DNA from: Lepidodermella squamata
Lineage: Eukaryota; Animalia; Gastrotricha
Direction of reading: 5' to 3'
DNA length: 64,000 bases
Assembly: GCA_047495785.1 (NCBI GenBank)
Contig: JBLDXI010000015.1
Coordinates: forward strand, 496,001 to 560,000
Shown here: positions 53,044 through 64,000 of the stretch, one piece after another
Position numbering within the stretch: position 1 is the stretch's first letter
How the letters are laid out: every line of letters starts with the position of its first letter
Translations under genes and position numbers: made by a program
Notes under the pieces: model-generated
What the model saw: the letters and a program-made list of their open reading frames with translations, nothing else
What the model was told of the DNA's origin: nothing
Database searches by the model: none

Positions 53044-53599
53044 CTCCCGTTTTGCAGGTCAAAGGTCACACGTGCACACGTGATCAAAACGTGTGATCAA
53101 AACACTAAACTTTTAGGTTGTTGCTAGTGTGGTAGTTTCGTCATTTCGTCATTTTGTCACCATGAAAAAAAAATTAAAAAAAATGTTGTGAGCTGGAGTC
53201 GAACTATCAACCTCTGGTTTCCTGAGCTATAGCTTGAACCACTAAACCACACAGGAGACACATGGAGTCAGTCTTAGAATCAATTGATATAGGTCACAGT
53301 TAAAGCATACTTCAACAAGATAGATGCACACGATTTTAAAACAACTTGCTTGCTTAGTGGTTCCAGCACTAGCACTCGAAACCAGAGGTTGATAGTTCGA
53401 CTCCAGCTCATATCATTTTTTTAGTTTTTTTTTTAGTTTTTCGGTCTTTTGGAAGTATTTCAAAGTGACGAATTGACGAAATGACGAAATGACGAAAACA
53501 CCACCAACTTAACAACAAGCAACAACTTACAAGTTTAGTGTTTTGATCACACGTTTTGATCACGTGAGCACGTGTGACCTTTGACCTGCAAAACAGGAG
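53044..53599. mobile_element. Palindromic MITE flanked by TA with two inverted tRNA-like segments
   Basis: Arms CTCCCGTTTTGCAGGTCAAAGGTCACACGTG.. and inverse; TAGTGG..GTTCGACTCCAGC at ~53352-53408 and inverted at ~53190-53250. Confidence 0.8.
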
Positions 53600-54514
53600 T
53601 ATAATGAATGTCTGTCTTGTTTTGCGCGCAGTAATATGGAACTCTATAGTCAGATGTCAATAACCAGCAGTCGCGTGATTACTAAGCTGCCTCAGTCTGT
53701 AAGTAAAATGGAGAGTCTTGAGCACCACCAGCATCTCTATATTTTCGACTTTACGATCTTCATGTGGTCATTCGCGTCTTTGCAGTTACGAGCAGCACAT
53801 AGCCATCTATCTTCACATTCTGCATTGTCCGGCAGTGACTCCTTCATCATCGTTATCTGCCGTCGTAAAGAAGCCTTCGAACCAAGTTCGAGCAACCACC
53901 GCGTGATAAAACGCGGAGCAATAATACATGAGAGCAATAACATTCCTTGATTGGGCTGATGTGCTCAATTCGACGACTGCAAGATGATAGAAGCGCTGCA
54001 TGGAGCATTCCAGTAATGATTATTAATAATATCTATCATTATATTGGCAATATTGGCAATACATGAATGAACGGAGACCAAATTTGCTATCCTCAGCCAA
54101 CTCATTGCTCATTACTTATGAATACGTGCTCTACTTATTCCGTCACCGTGTTGCCATAGTACGACCCGGTGCAACATTTGCCTCTCCGCCGCGGCATTTC
54201 CACAGCCAAACAGGCCCGATCCCCAGGATAAACCCAAGAAGCATTGCGAATGCTAGGTCTTGGTATGACGTAGCATGCGAAATTTCTTTCTCGCAAAAGG
54301 AGTGTAAGATATTATCTCACATTCCATGCACATTGGACAGCCTGCATGTCTGACATGTCTGGAAAAGCCGATGAGATGCGTCTTCTAATTCCTTGCTAAT
54401 ATTCATTTCTATAAAAAAGCATAAGGGGAAGTAGATACTAGCGTTACCCTACGAGCTTTTTCTTTTCTCTTTCGACTCCACCGGCTCACCCTCAAGATTT
54501 TGATGTCTTAGAAA

Positions 54515-55089
54515 TCATCTTGCCAGCCAAGTCATATCATAAATGACTTGCTGGGTTTGCTCCTCTACTGCACGCGGGCAGCAGCGACAACAACGTCGTA
54601 ATCGCCTGAAGTTGCACAAGTAAATTAATAAACAGGCGAGTACTAGTCCTGCAGCTAAAAGTCCCACCATAGACCAAAAATATACCATACAAATTAGGCT
54701 GTGACACCCCGGGAACTTGGTAAACCCTCCAGCCTCAGCATCAGTCGCGTTGCTTCCAATAGAAGAATTCCCGTTCACCGTGGATTCCAATGTAAAAAAT
54801 CGATCGCCACCAAAGCCACTTGCATTTTTCATTGTCCCGTCGGTCGTCAATAGGGCCAACAGCGTTAAAAAAGTGGTGACATTAGTAGGTACATGTACTT
54901 TGCTGAACGTTGGGGAGGTCGATAGCCCACTACCATGCCAAGGGGACGAGAGGCTTACTGCTGAGGCAAACGGCAAGGTGGTGGTAGTCGTTTTAGAGTG
55001 GTTGTGGTGGTTATGGTGGTTATGATGGTTGAGGTGGTTGTTAGTGTGGTAATGCACGCAAACAGCTTACAAGCTAAGCGGAGGCTCAT
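54515..55089 (-). CDS. Small Thr/Ser-rich single-pass membrane protein, probably frameshifted
   Basis: ATG at 55089 gives MSLRLACKLFACITTLTTTSTIITT.. and needs one frameshift near 54995 to join KTTTTTLP... N-glycosylation sequons, a clear TM (MVGLLAAGLVLACLLIYLC) and RRLRRCCRCC follow. Confidence 0.45.
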
Positions 55090-55949
55090 CGTTAATAAAG
55101 TTGATTAAATGTCTATAGCCGTGAACTGGAACACGAACAATGAACTGGAAGACGAAAACTGAAGAAGTCTGAAACATTTGCAACACATGTCTGCGTTTAG
55201 ATGAAAAAACCGTAAAATCAGACAAAAACGCCTAAGCAAACAAAACGTCAAGGGCAACTCATTGCAATATTTTATTGGGAAAAAATATTATCCATGACAA
55301 AATCATTTAAATTGTATAATTTTTGTTTGTATTTATAGAGAAAGCTGTGCAATATTTTCTAAACCACATGTTATAGCAAGGGAAGGAAGGGAAGCTCATT
55401 GTTCGTGTGCGCCATCTTTTTTGTTCAGCTTTTGAGCAAAAACCGCCAAAATCATGTGCCGAAAAATTTGGCAATTTTCACCCTTGGTTTGTTGGGTAAT
55501 CTCGTACACCTAAATTACCTGTGGCTTGACCGACTCCAGTTCACCTATACAGGTGATTATCATGGCGTTAGGCTATTTTTCCTAAATTCGACCTTGACAC
55601 ATAATAATTCCAAATTTTTCGCAAGTAAAAAAAGCACTGGCGATCAGATTTTGTACTCTGCTCCCGATGACGTCACGCATTGTTTTGAGCAGAAAATTTT
55701 CGAATTTACGTTGAAAATCGAAAAATAATTATTTTTTCAAATTTTAATAGCCTAACGCCTTCTACTCGCCGAGCCGATTCCGATGCCTTTTTCAGCGTCA
55801 AAGAAAAGTGAATAGGTGATGAGTTTACCCCAAAAAACCTTTTGCATGTAAGTATGCAGGGGCTGTTGTTAAATTTGGGGTTTTCCCAAAAAAAAAAGGA
55901 ATACACTTTTTTTAAAAATGTCCAGAACTAGGCGTGGGATAAGGACCAT

Positions 55950-57430
55950 AGTTCTTTAATCCATTTTCGTGTTTCGCTTCCTTCCCTTGTGTTATAGTTG
56001 CCGCGAAATGCAAACAGTTGATGTTTCGAAGATTTTGCTTGTCTGCACTTCTGAGCATTTTGTAAAATTCTGACAGAAACTGGTTCGATAGGCGGTGGAG
56101 TCCCTGAGAAGCGATGACTTCGTCAAATTTCCTGCGAAGCTTTGAGCAGCGCGTCGAAATCAATTTCGCCGCTGAATGTCGTGCCGCGATATTTGATCTT
56201 TTCGCCTTGTCGACGTGTTTTCATCGATGAGCAGGGGTTCGGTTGTGAGCTTGCCATCCTCGACAATGTTGACTATCGACTTGCTGGGGTTGACCTCTGA
56301 AGGTGGGTTCACAGACTCGGCGACAGGGCGACACTGTCGCGCGCGACATCGCGACTGTCGCGCACTTGTCGCGCTGAAACAGCCGAGCGACTCACATAGA
56401 TAGTCACGGTTGAGACACGCTGTCGCGCGACAAACCCATTGTGCAAAATTGTAATAGAAGCAGCCTTATTTTATTCCTCCCCGTCGTAGTACTTAATTTC
56501 TTCATTAGGTACCGTAAACTATAGTATGAAGACCGCACTCGAGTAATCGCCGCACTTACCAGCGATTAGCAGTCACCCTCAATGAGACACATGGGGTGAC
56601 TCGAGTAGGCGGATTATCCGCATTTCTTAGCGGATATGTAAACTCATTGCGCTACCTGCAAATCTTGATTACAGTAAAAACCGCCCTCTGGCGCACCTGT
56701 TACACCTGTCTACTCGTGAATAAACTGTCATTAAAGAAAATAAAGACCGCACTCGAATAATCGCCGCACCTAAATATTCGCCGCATTTTTTACCCCGTTC
56801 TGAAAAATCAGGAAAATTAATCGCCGCGGCCCCTATACTTTGATCACACACCTTGTCGCCTTGTCGCGTCGCGAGGTCGAAAATCCCCTATTTTCGAGCC
56901 AGTTGCTGCGACAAGCGACAACATCCATTGTTTTCGACGTCGCCAGCTGTTACGCAACGCTATTGTTAGAGCGCGCGACAGATCGCCCAGTCTGTGAACA
57001 CCCTCGCGATATGTCGCCAGCGACACTGATGCGACACGCGCGACTCACGCGACACCGTCGAGTCTGTGAACACCCTCGCGATAATCGCGCGCGACATTCT
57101 AGTTGTCGCGTCGCCACCCTGTCGTGTCGCCCTGTCGCCGAGTCTGTGAACCCACCTTAAGCCGATAGAATCGAATAAGGCACGTGACTTTCTAACGAGA
57201 AGCGCAGCTGATTCCCGCTAGTTTCCGATAGGAGTCGTATCGTTACGTATCGTATCGTATCGTTACGAAAACCAACCACTGAGATGCTGGCAAGACCTGG
57301 CGCTAGCTTGAAGCCGTACTTTTCAGCGATGTCTGGCTCGGCAAGTTATCGGTGAATGAAGTCGATTGCTAGATTGAACAGGGCTGGCGACAGCGGGGAG
57401 CCTTGAAACACTCCTCTCTTCAGCTCCAGG
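55950..57430 (-). pseudogene. Non-LTR retrotransposon RT relic, split by a MITE
   Basis: LKRGVFQGSPLSPALFNLAIDF (~57360-57430), FDSIGL|EVNPSKS across the MITE, then IKYRG; stops and frameshifts present. Confidence 0.8.
56301..57157. mobile_element. PIF/Harbinger-like MITE with nested pogo-like fragments
   Basis: 33-bp TIR AGGTGGGTTCACAGACTCGGCGACAGGGCGACA; flanks TGA/TAA (TAA target, one copy mutated); removing it restores the RT frame. Confidence 0.8.
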
Positions 57431-57891
57431 ACTTGGGTTTTTAGAACTCGCAGGCCTTAGTAGCATTTCCTTTCGTTGGAGAAACATTCATGTTCCGGAG
57501 TTTCGAAGGCAGTGGGGCGAACTTTACCTCCTCGATCGGATATGAGTGAAGCTTTTATGCAGATTGATGGCACCCTCGAGCGATTTTAAAATTTTGCCTT
57601 TGTGACTTTCAGCAACGGTGGTTCCCTAACGGTGAAGAATTAGCCATGAAATTTAGTGAGCTTACTCATTTATGTTCGGAATGTTGATGGTTGGAAGTTG
57701 AAAGGTGAGCCCGGGGCCCGGGCAACCTCATGATTAGGGAGCAGCAAGTGTTCGAAAGTAGTCGACAGTTTTTATTAATATTTAGGTAACCTTACCTTAT
57801 ATTGAATAAAATGTTATACTAGTTATTTGTCTACTAATTTTATTGCAATACAAATAAATGGAATTGCGGGACCATAACAGCAATGCAACAA

Positions 57892-60800
57892 TCATTTGAA
57901 ATATGGCAAGCCCATGTAACTCTCGATGCCGCACCTATTTACACCCTTTCGGATCTTGAAGTAGCCCTTAATGCCCCAAGAATCGCCCCACGAATTTCGC
58001 CCGATCCAATAGTCCAACTTCGACGTAGGATCTGTGCCGTATCCAAGAATAACAATGGCATGATTAGTGGAAGTCGCACAGTTAGGTGGATCGAGAATGC
58101 CGTCTTTGTAAACATCAAATTGCGCTTCTGCGTTGATGGTGCCGTAGATCGGACCATACTTCAGAGCATCCATCATTTTTTGTACCATCTGCTCCTGAGG
58201 AAGCTCATCATAATTAGTAAGTGATGTAGCTCCTTTCAGCCTCAGGTATCCATTAACTGTCATGGCAACACCAGTAGTAAAAGTACACGATCCCTTGTCG
58301 CTCATAGTATATTTGTAGTCATCGGCTTTGGCGAAAGCTTTCACTTTGGTGAAATATTTGAAAGTCGAAACATCGGTCCCGCCATCGCAGCCACTGTTAC
58401 CGCCACTCCCTTTAGAACAATCGACGATCTGTTGCTCGGACATAGATATCGGAGAAGCTGTGTTTTTGATAGCCCAGCGAGCTTCGAGGACAGCAGATGT
58501 AGCGAATGAATAGCACGATCCGCATTGCTGTTGGTTCTTTATTGGGGCCATGTAACCTGCAATAAGTAACACACATTATCGACTTCAAAGTGACGCCAAA
58601 AGTGCGCCAAACCCTAAAATCTAGCAGCTCGATACTTAGGCTCAAATTTGTCTACGGAAATTTGTCTTCGATGGCTACCGGATCAGAAGTAGGAGTAGGG
58701 CAGTCCTAATTTTTGTCACGTATAACTCTTAATCTAGGCGCACGTTAGAAACCTTAGGTTTAGAAGACCCTTGATTATAGGCCTAGGAAGGCAGAGAAAA
58801 CCCAGGCCTAGAGACAAGGAACCTATAACTAGCCCAGGCGTACAGAATTTTGACTGGGCGATGTTTAGGTAAGTGATGAAAGTAAGCTAAATTGAGCCGG
58901 TGCTGTATAATTCGATCGTTGTCGAGTGTTTTTTCGTGGGGGTTTGAGACGATATAAAAACATCAGAAAAAGTTATCCTGAAAAACCGGCTCAATTAAGC
59001 CTTCTTTCATCACTTACCTAAACATCGCACAGTCAAAAGTCTGTAGACGCCTAGAGCCTTTTCTAGACCTAGGGCCTAACTTAATCAAACCCTCACAACG
59101 TATTACGGCGCTTAATACGGCATGTCGATGTATTTTTTCGCAACAACGAAATTTCGTTGTATTTCAGATACAACGAAACTGGCGAGAGGTAAGGGTTTTT
59201 TGTCGCCGAGGAAGAATGAAGACAATCTTGTAGCGAGTTGGTTGTTAAATAAAAAGCGCGAGAGCGCGCGGTCATTAGATAATTATTGTAACTAATCTGA
59301 AGCAATTGGTTGCAATAATAGCGGTATCAATAGCGCGCCCGATAACACATTTTATGCCGATAACACATTATCGGTATCAATAATTTAGGAAGCTTTAGAC
59401 AATTTTTGAAAAATTCGGAAAATTTTAAGGATGTTCAGAAAAAATACAGGTACACAGAAACGGATCGAAATGAGAAATGAGAAACTTATGATTTTATCGA
59501 TCAATTTCAAGCTCTTCTTGTGCGGCCTTGCGCCTTAAAATCGTGACTTGTAGTAGTTGTAGTCATTCTATCGTGCGCGCGAGAAAGAGCAGGACTAGCG
59601 CTGTGAGCGGCGGACAGCCGGCCAGTTTGGTTACGAATGGGGGAATACTGCTTCTGTTTCTAGCCTAAAAGCGCGCTTTAAGATTTTATTTTGGCGAAAT
59701 TGAGGCTGATATAAGCTGCGACGCCCTGCCGCCCTTCGAGGAATGATTCCTCCCTCCAAGGTAGCGCCGCTTACTGTCGCTTGCCAAGTCCTGCCACGGT
59801 GTGCTGTTGACTGCTGCATTTCGGCATGGTTTCTTGCGCGTAATAGGAATGGCGAATTTCAGTTACGACTACAGTGTCAAATAGCGATAATTCTTTTCGA
59901 ATTGATTTCTATTGACGCAAATTCATATCGACATGACGTATCAAACGCGGTAATACGTTATTAATTGCTTATTCAGATTGTGGTTTCTGGCTTTGAAATG
60001 AATGCTTTTGCTTGTTAAGAGAGTCAATTTCCACGATATCGCAAATATCGCTCCATTCTTCACTTTGTGCGTATATGCGTATTGCTGGCCTCATAAAAAT
60101 AATAGCAACAGCAACGTGAATATGGTGAATATTCGCAACATTCAAGCACAGCAAGAAAAACAACACAAACAAGGAAGTACTGGGCATATAATTCTGAAAC
60201 GCACTGTATTATTATCATCGGAAAGAAGAAGGAAACCATTTCCCAATCTTCCATTTCCCATTCAGCTGGAAAGCTGGAAAGAGGATGGAGTATTCTCAGC
60301 TTACCCTTTGTTCGCCAATCGATGACAGCTCCAGCCATCGGCACAGCATCATCTGCTGATACAGTCTGCGTAGGCGCATTACTGAACTCCGTGAGTGACG
60401 TCGGGAAGGATTTTAATGACCGTGTTGTATACAGATCACGCTGCATAGACGTTGTATCATAGTTATTTCCAGCCACATCCATGCATCGCTTGCGATCGGC
60501 TCCGACGTCCCTTCCATCTTCTTGCTCAACAACGCAAACTGTACATTTCGAGCCTACGCAAACCAGGGGCGGTTCAAAAAAGACAATCTCTCGCCTGCGT
60601 CTTCGGCGACCGCTAGCAACGTCTGTCGTAGTCGCAGGCTTCAAGCCGAGCAAGTTCTTCTTGCGCCAGGCGTCAGTTTTCGCACTGTATTGGTTGATGC
60701 CGAACTTGACGTTTTTATTCGCTGGATCTGCTGTCAGCTGGTCGATTTCATCCAAATCTTTCAACAACTCAGTCTCGCCTTCTTCATCTTCATCCTCAGT

Positions 60801-62369
60801 GTCAATCTCGTCGTCTTTATACAACTTTTTAAAGGCTGCCCAGCGAGGATCGTCGTAAGCTGGCTGTTGAGCTAAATGGAGCGAGAAATCTAGGTTTTTG
60901 GATCACAGCTGAAAAAACTCACGCTGGGCTAAAATTAAGAAAGACGCAATTTTGTTCAGTTCAAGTAATTTTTTCAAGCTTACCGCAATTAGAGCCGGAG
61001 TAGGCAGCTGTGCATTTGCAAGTGTTTTTACCAATGCAAGTTCCGCCGTTTTGACAGTAATCCGTTGAACATCCAACTGAAATAAAACCGATAATATGAT
61101 AAGGTATGATACTCGAACTTCAAAGATCTCAAAAAAGTAAATATTGACCACAAAGTGAAATCCTAAAACGTAACAGAAAGACGATCATCCCGAGGTACCG
61201 GGATATCGTCTGCCAGAATTTCCCATGTTGAATTACATGCATTCCAACCCAAATCTGACGTCAAATTCTATTTATTCCAGTAATGTCTTTTTGTCACTGA
61301 GGCTTATCACGAAACTGTGATGGCTATAAAGATTATGAACAACCTTAGTAAAAAGAGAGGATGTATGTGAAAGATTCAAAGTTCAAATTCTGAAATTGTG
61401 CAATTTGTTTATGCAATTTTATGCAATTTTATTGCAAACCGCAAGCATATCCAAACAACACCGAACAAAAATTCATATCAAAAAATTCAAAACATAAACA
61501 TGCATTTTGTTTCAAGTAGTAAGCTAAGTGTTGATCCGCGCGCTGATTGGTCAATCTATTGTTGCTATGACCCCGGGATGAAACATTTCTGTCGTGCGAT
61601 CCACTAATAAATTATTTTATATTCATGTAAAAAATGACCTTGCCACGCCTTCTGCACGGTGTCCATTGACCACGAGCGTAAACACCATAATAATCGTAGC
61701 AATCTGCTGCGGCAAAAACACTTGTTGCAAAAAGTTGCATGGATCCACGACCATAATGTTTCATCCGGAACGATCGATTAACCAATCAGCGCGCGCCCAG
61801 AAATACTACTAGTTATCTCAAGCACAATGTCAAAGATAGATGCCTGTCTGGGATTTTAAATTAGTGTGGAATGGCAGAATCGAGAAAAAAAGAATAGGGC
61901 CACATTATTCCATTGTATAAGGGTTATACATTATCCTTACTCCATGTAACGTGTAACGTCCTCAACTTACATGTACTGCAATCTGTCCCATACCAACCAG
62001 CAGCGCAGTCGCAAATGTTTGGCCCAGCACAAGTGCCACCATTCTTGCAGGTAACCGTTGTGCAGAGAGCTATGGCAATGGCACGGACTTTGAACATGCC
62101 ACCATGAATGCAGCAGAGACGTTGACTTACAAATGTCGCAATTTGCACCACTCCAGGCGCTTGAACAGCTGCAAATGTTTGCGCCGACACAAGTTTGCCG
62201 GCTGTTACAATTCGAGCAAGTATCTAACCATTTTAGAAAAGAAGGGTCAATTAATAATGACAAATATTCGTCTCTTACATTTATTGCAAGTTGTTCCCGA
62301 GTAGCCACTAGGGCAGATGCAAGTACCAGAACTGTAGGTTCCGCCGTTAAGGCAGACGATAGACTGGGC
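57892..62369 (-). CDS. Cathepsin-L-like (C1A) cysteine protease with at least 4 N-terminal EGF domains; 5' end unresolved
   Basis: Exons 62369-62279, 62223-62131, 62069-61971, 61076-60984 (EGF), 60871-60305 (I29-like prodomain WAAFKKLY..FGINQYS..IDWRTK), 58556-57892 (NQQQCGSCYSF, NHAI, RNSWG); all joins are phase 1 and in frame. Confidence 0.85.
58843..59043. mobile_element. 201-bp Tc1/mariner-type MITE in the cathepsin intron
   Basis: TA|CAGAATTTTGACTG..GTTTAGGTAAGTGATGAAAG and inverse ending CTG|TA. Confidence 0.8.
61538..61796. repeat. Intronic copy of the Tc1-associated palindromic unit
   Basis: Colinear with 51404-51677 (GCGCTGATTGGTCAAT..AAAAATGACCTTGCCAC..ACCAATCAGCGCGCGC). Confidence 0.8.
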
Positions 62370-63799
62370 CTTTAAATCGTCCCGTATAAATTATAAATGC
62401 AGAACTATTAGATTGCAATTAATTCGACCTATCTATGTATGGTCGCTATCGAATTAATGGTATAGCTACCCAAGCTGGTCTCGACCTTTTTATCTTGAGC
62501 ATAATTTGTTTTTCTTCTTGTCGAATAGCTCAATTTCCACGTCTATTAAGTAGAGATCTATGCAATAAAGGTAACTTGGATACCCCGCAAACACTTTTGT
62601 CAAATACTCTTTCCTAATTTGGAAATGTATGCTTCGCAAAGAACAAAATTGGACTGCTTCTTTTGAAAGCAACGCCACCCGATGAAGGCCATTACGCATT
62701 ATAGTTGACATTACATTGGGTGAATTGTTAAATACGTACCGCTGGGTTTCTGACCTGTTGATTCGAGGTGCAGGCGTGGATCAGACCAGCTGTAACCAGA
62801 ACTGATCATCGGTAGAATAAATTTTAGAAATTGTATAAAGACGTCTCAAAACATTTACCGAGAAGTAAAGGTAGGATTACAAGCATATTAGCTATAAATT
62901 TTGCAGAAATGCAGTTTGATGTGAACCGCGAAATTACTCTCGCGATTGTGAATGGTTAGCCGTTGAAGTTTTCGCACTCAAATGCAAATGCCATTGTTTA
63001 GCCGCCCACGGCCAGAAAGCATTTGCGCCCGCGAACTTGAGCCATTTAATAGAGGAATACCGCGTTCTAAGTATTATTAGGTGTGAATATCAGTGCCAAA
63101 TAAGAGACCTAGGACCTAGGAGTTTCGTTGGGGTTTTAAAACTGTATTAAGAAATACTGGGTCATTTGAACGTGCCGCATTGAAAAGGCCTTTGCCGTTT
63201 TTTTGCGTCACACAATTGGGAGAGGGGCGTGAGCTCATATCAATCTACTAAACAATTACTCGAATTAAGAAGAATTACCTAGCTTTTGCACACTTTTACT
63301 AATCGGTTCGCAGTTTCCACTGCAAGCAAACTACAAAAGGAACTAGGTGAAAAAACGACGACGGGTCAAAAATAATCGCGTTTATGGCAGAATTTAGAAA
63401 TTTTCTGGAAGGAAAAATCAAGAACCAAGTTTTTTCAGATGGACCAAGGCGTATTTAATATGCAAGTTTATCTCAGGAACTATCAGGCGGCGGAGAAGAT
63501 AAATAGGCATTGGGCATTGGAATGACCATAAGAATGACTGGCTACTTTTCTACGGATAAACTGCCGCATGTAATTTTAAATAAAAAATGCACCAATCGAG
63601 AAGCTAATCCACAATCCACACACTCTGTGGCATAATGAGAGTCACGTAAACTGTAGTTTACATTTATTGCAGCCAGATCTGGAGTTCGATTGAACTTGAC
63701 GCTATTATAACGTTATTCTGTTTGTCTGGATTCATTTCAAATTCAATTTCATGTACATCATCTCCGCGTTCCCTGCCGGCCTCATTCATCCACGCTGCT

Positions 63800-64000
63800 T
63801 TACTGTATATCTACTAATTTTCGGTGACCATTAATTTTCGTGTGTGGCCGACCACATGTTAGGCATCGTTCGTCTCCGGAGCAATTCCGCGCCATATGGC
63901 CGTATCGCTGGCATCGGAAGCATTGCATCACATCTGGAGGTTTCACAACAAACCCTCGGAATCGCAGCAGAAATGGTTTCGCAGTCAGGCCGTTCTTTAC
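63800..64000 (-). mobile_element. LINE ORF1 (Gag-like zinc knuckle) fragment running off the window edge
   Basis: Manual translation VMQCFRCQRYGHMARNCSGDERCLTCGRPH, typical of I/Jockey/R1-type ORF1; not in the ORF track. Confidence 0.8.

Noticed and set aside
54990-55057. His/Asn-rich N-terminus of ORF 54515-55057
   Set aside because: GTG start; ACC-rich sequence better read as Thr-rich in the ATG (55089) frame.
62430-63100. Candidate 5' exons of the EGF-cathepsin gene
   Set aside because: No phase-consistent path or signal peptide could be established by eye.

Overview
Eukaryotic (invertebrate animal) genomic DNA with many short (~50-60 nt) GT-AG introns; the ORF track shows only fragments of the spliced genes. 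Host genes are mostly secreted or cell-surface proteins. They are: an 8-exon PAN/C-type-lectin/kringle mosaic, an SLC52 riboflavin transporter, a PEBP with signal peptide and GPI-like tail, three intronless S1 serine proteases, two tandem-duplicated EGF/C-type-lectin-like genes, and a cathepsin-L-like protease fused in frame to at least four EGF exons. The proteases have GPI-like tails, a rare Gly189/Asp226 pocket and Tyr-IVGG activation sites. One lectin paralogue has gained a His tract, an 8x24-aa Lys/Pro/Ala repeat and 8 EGF exons. Transposons are dense: a 2.2-kb Gag-protease-only LTR element, an apparently intact 9.2-kb EnSpm/CACTA element with a BEN-domain gene and other spliced cargo nested in a MITE, Tc1 and LINE relics, and many MITEs. 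Best novelty candidates are the EGF-cathepsin fusion, the G189/D226 proteases next to a membrane-anchored PEBP, the expanded lectin gene and the multi-gene CACTA element. All gene models and domain calls were made by eye; no searches were run and the species is not identified.
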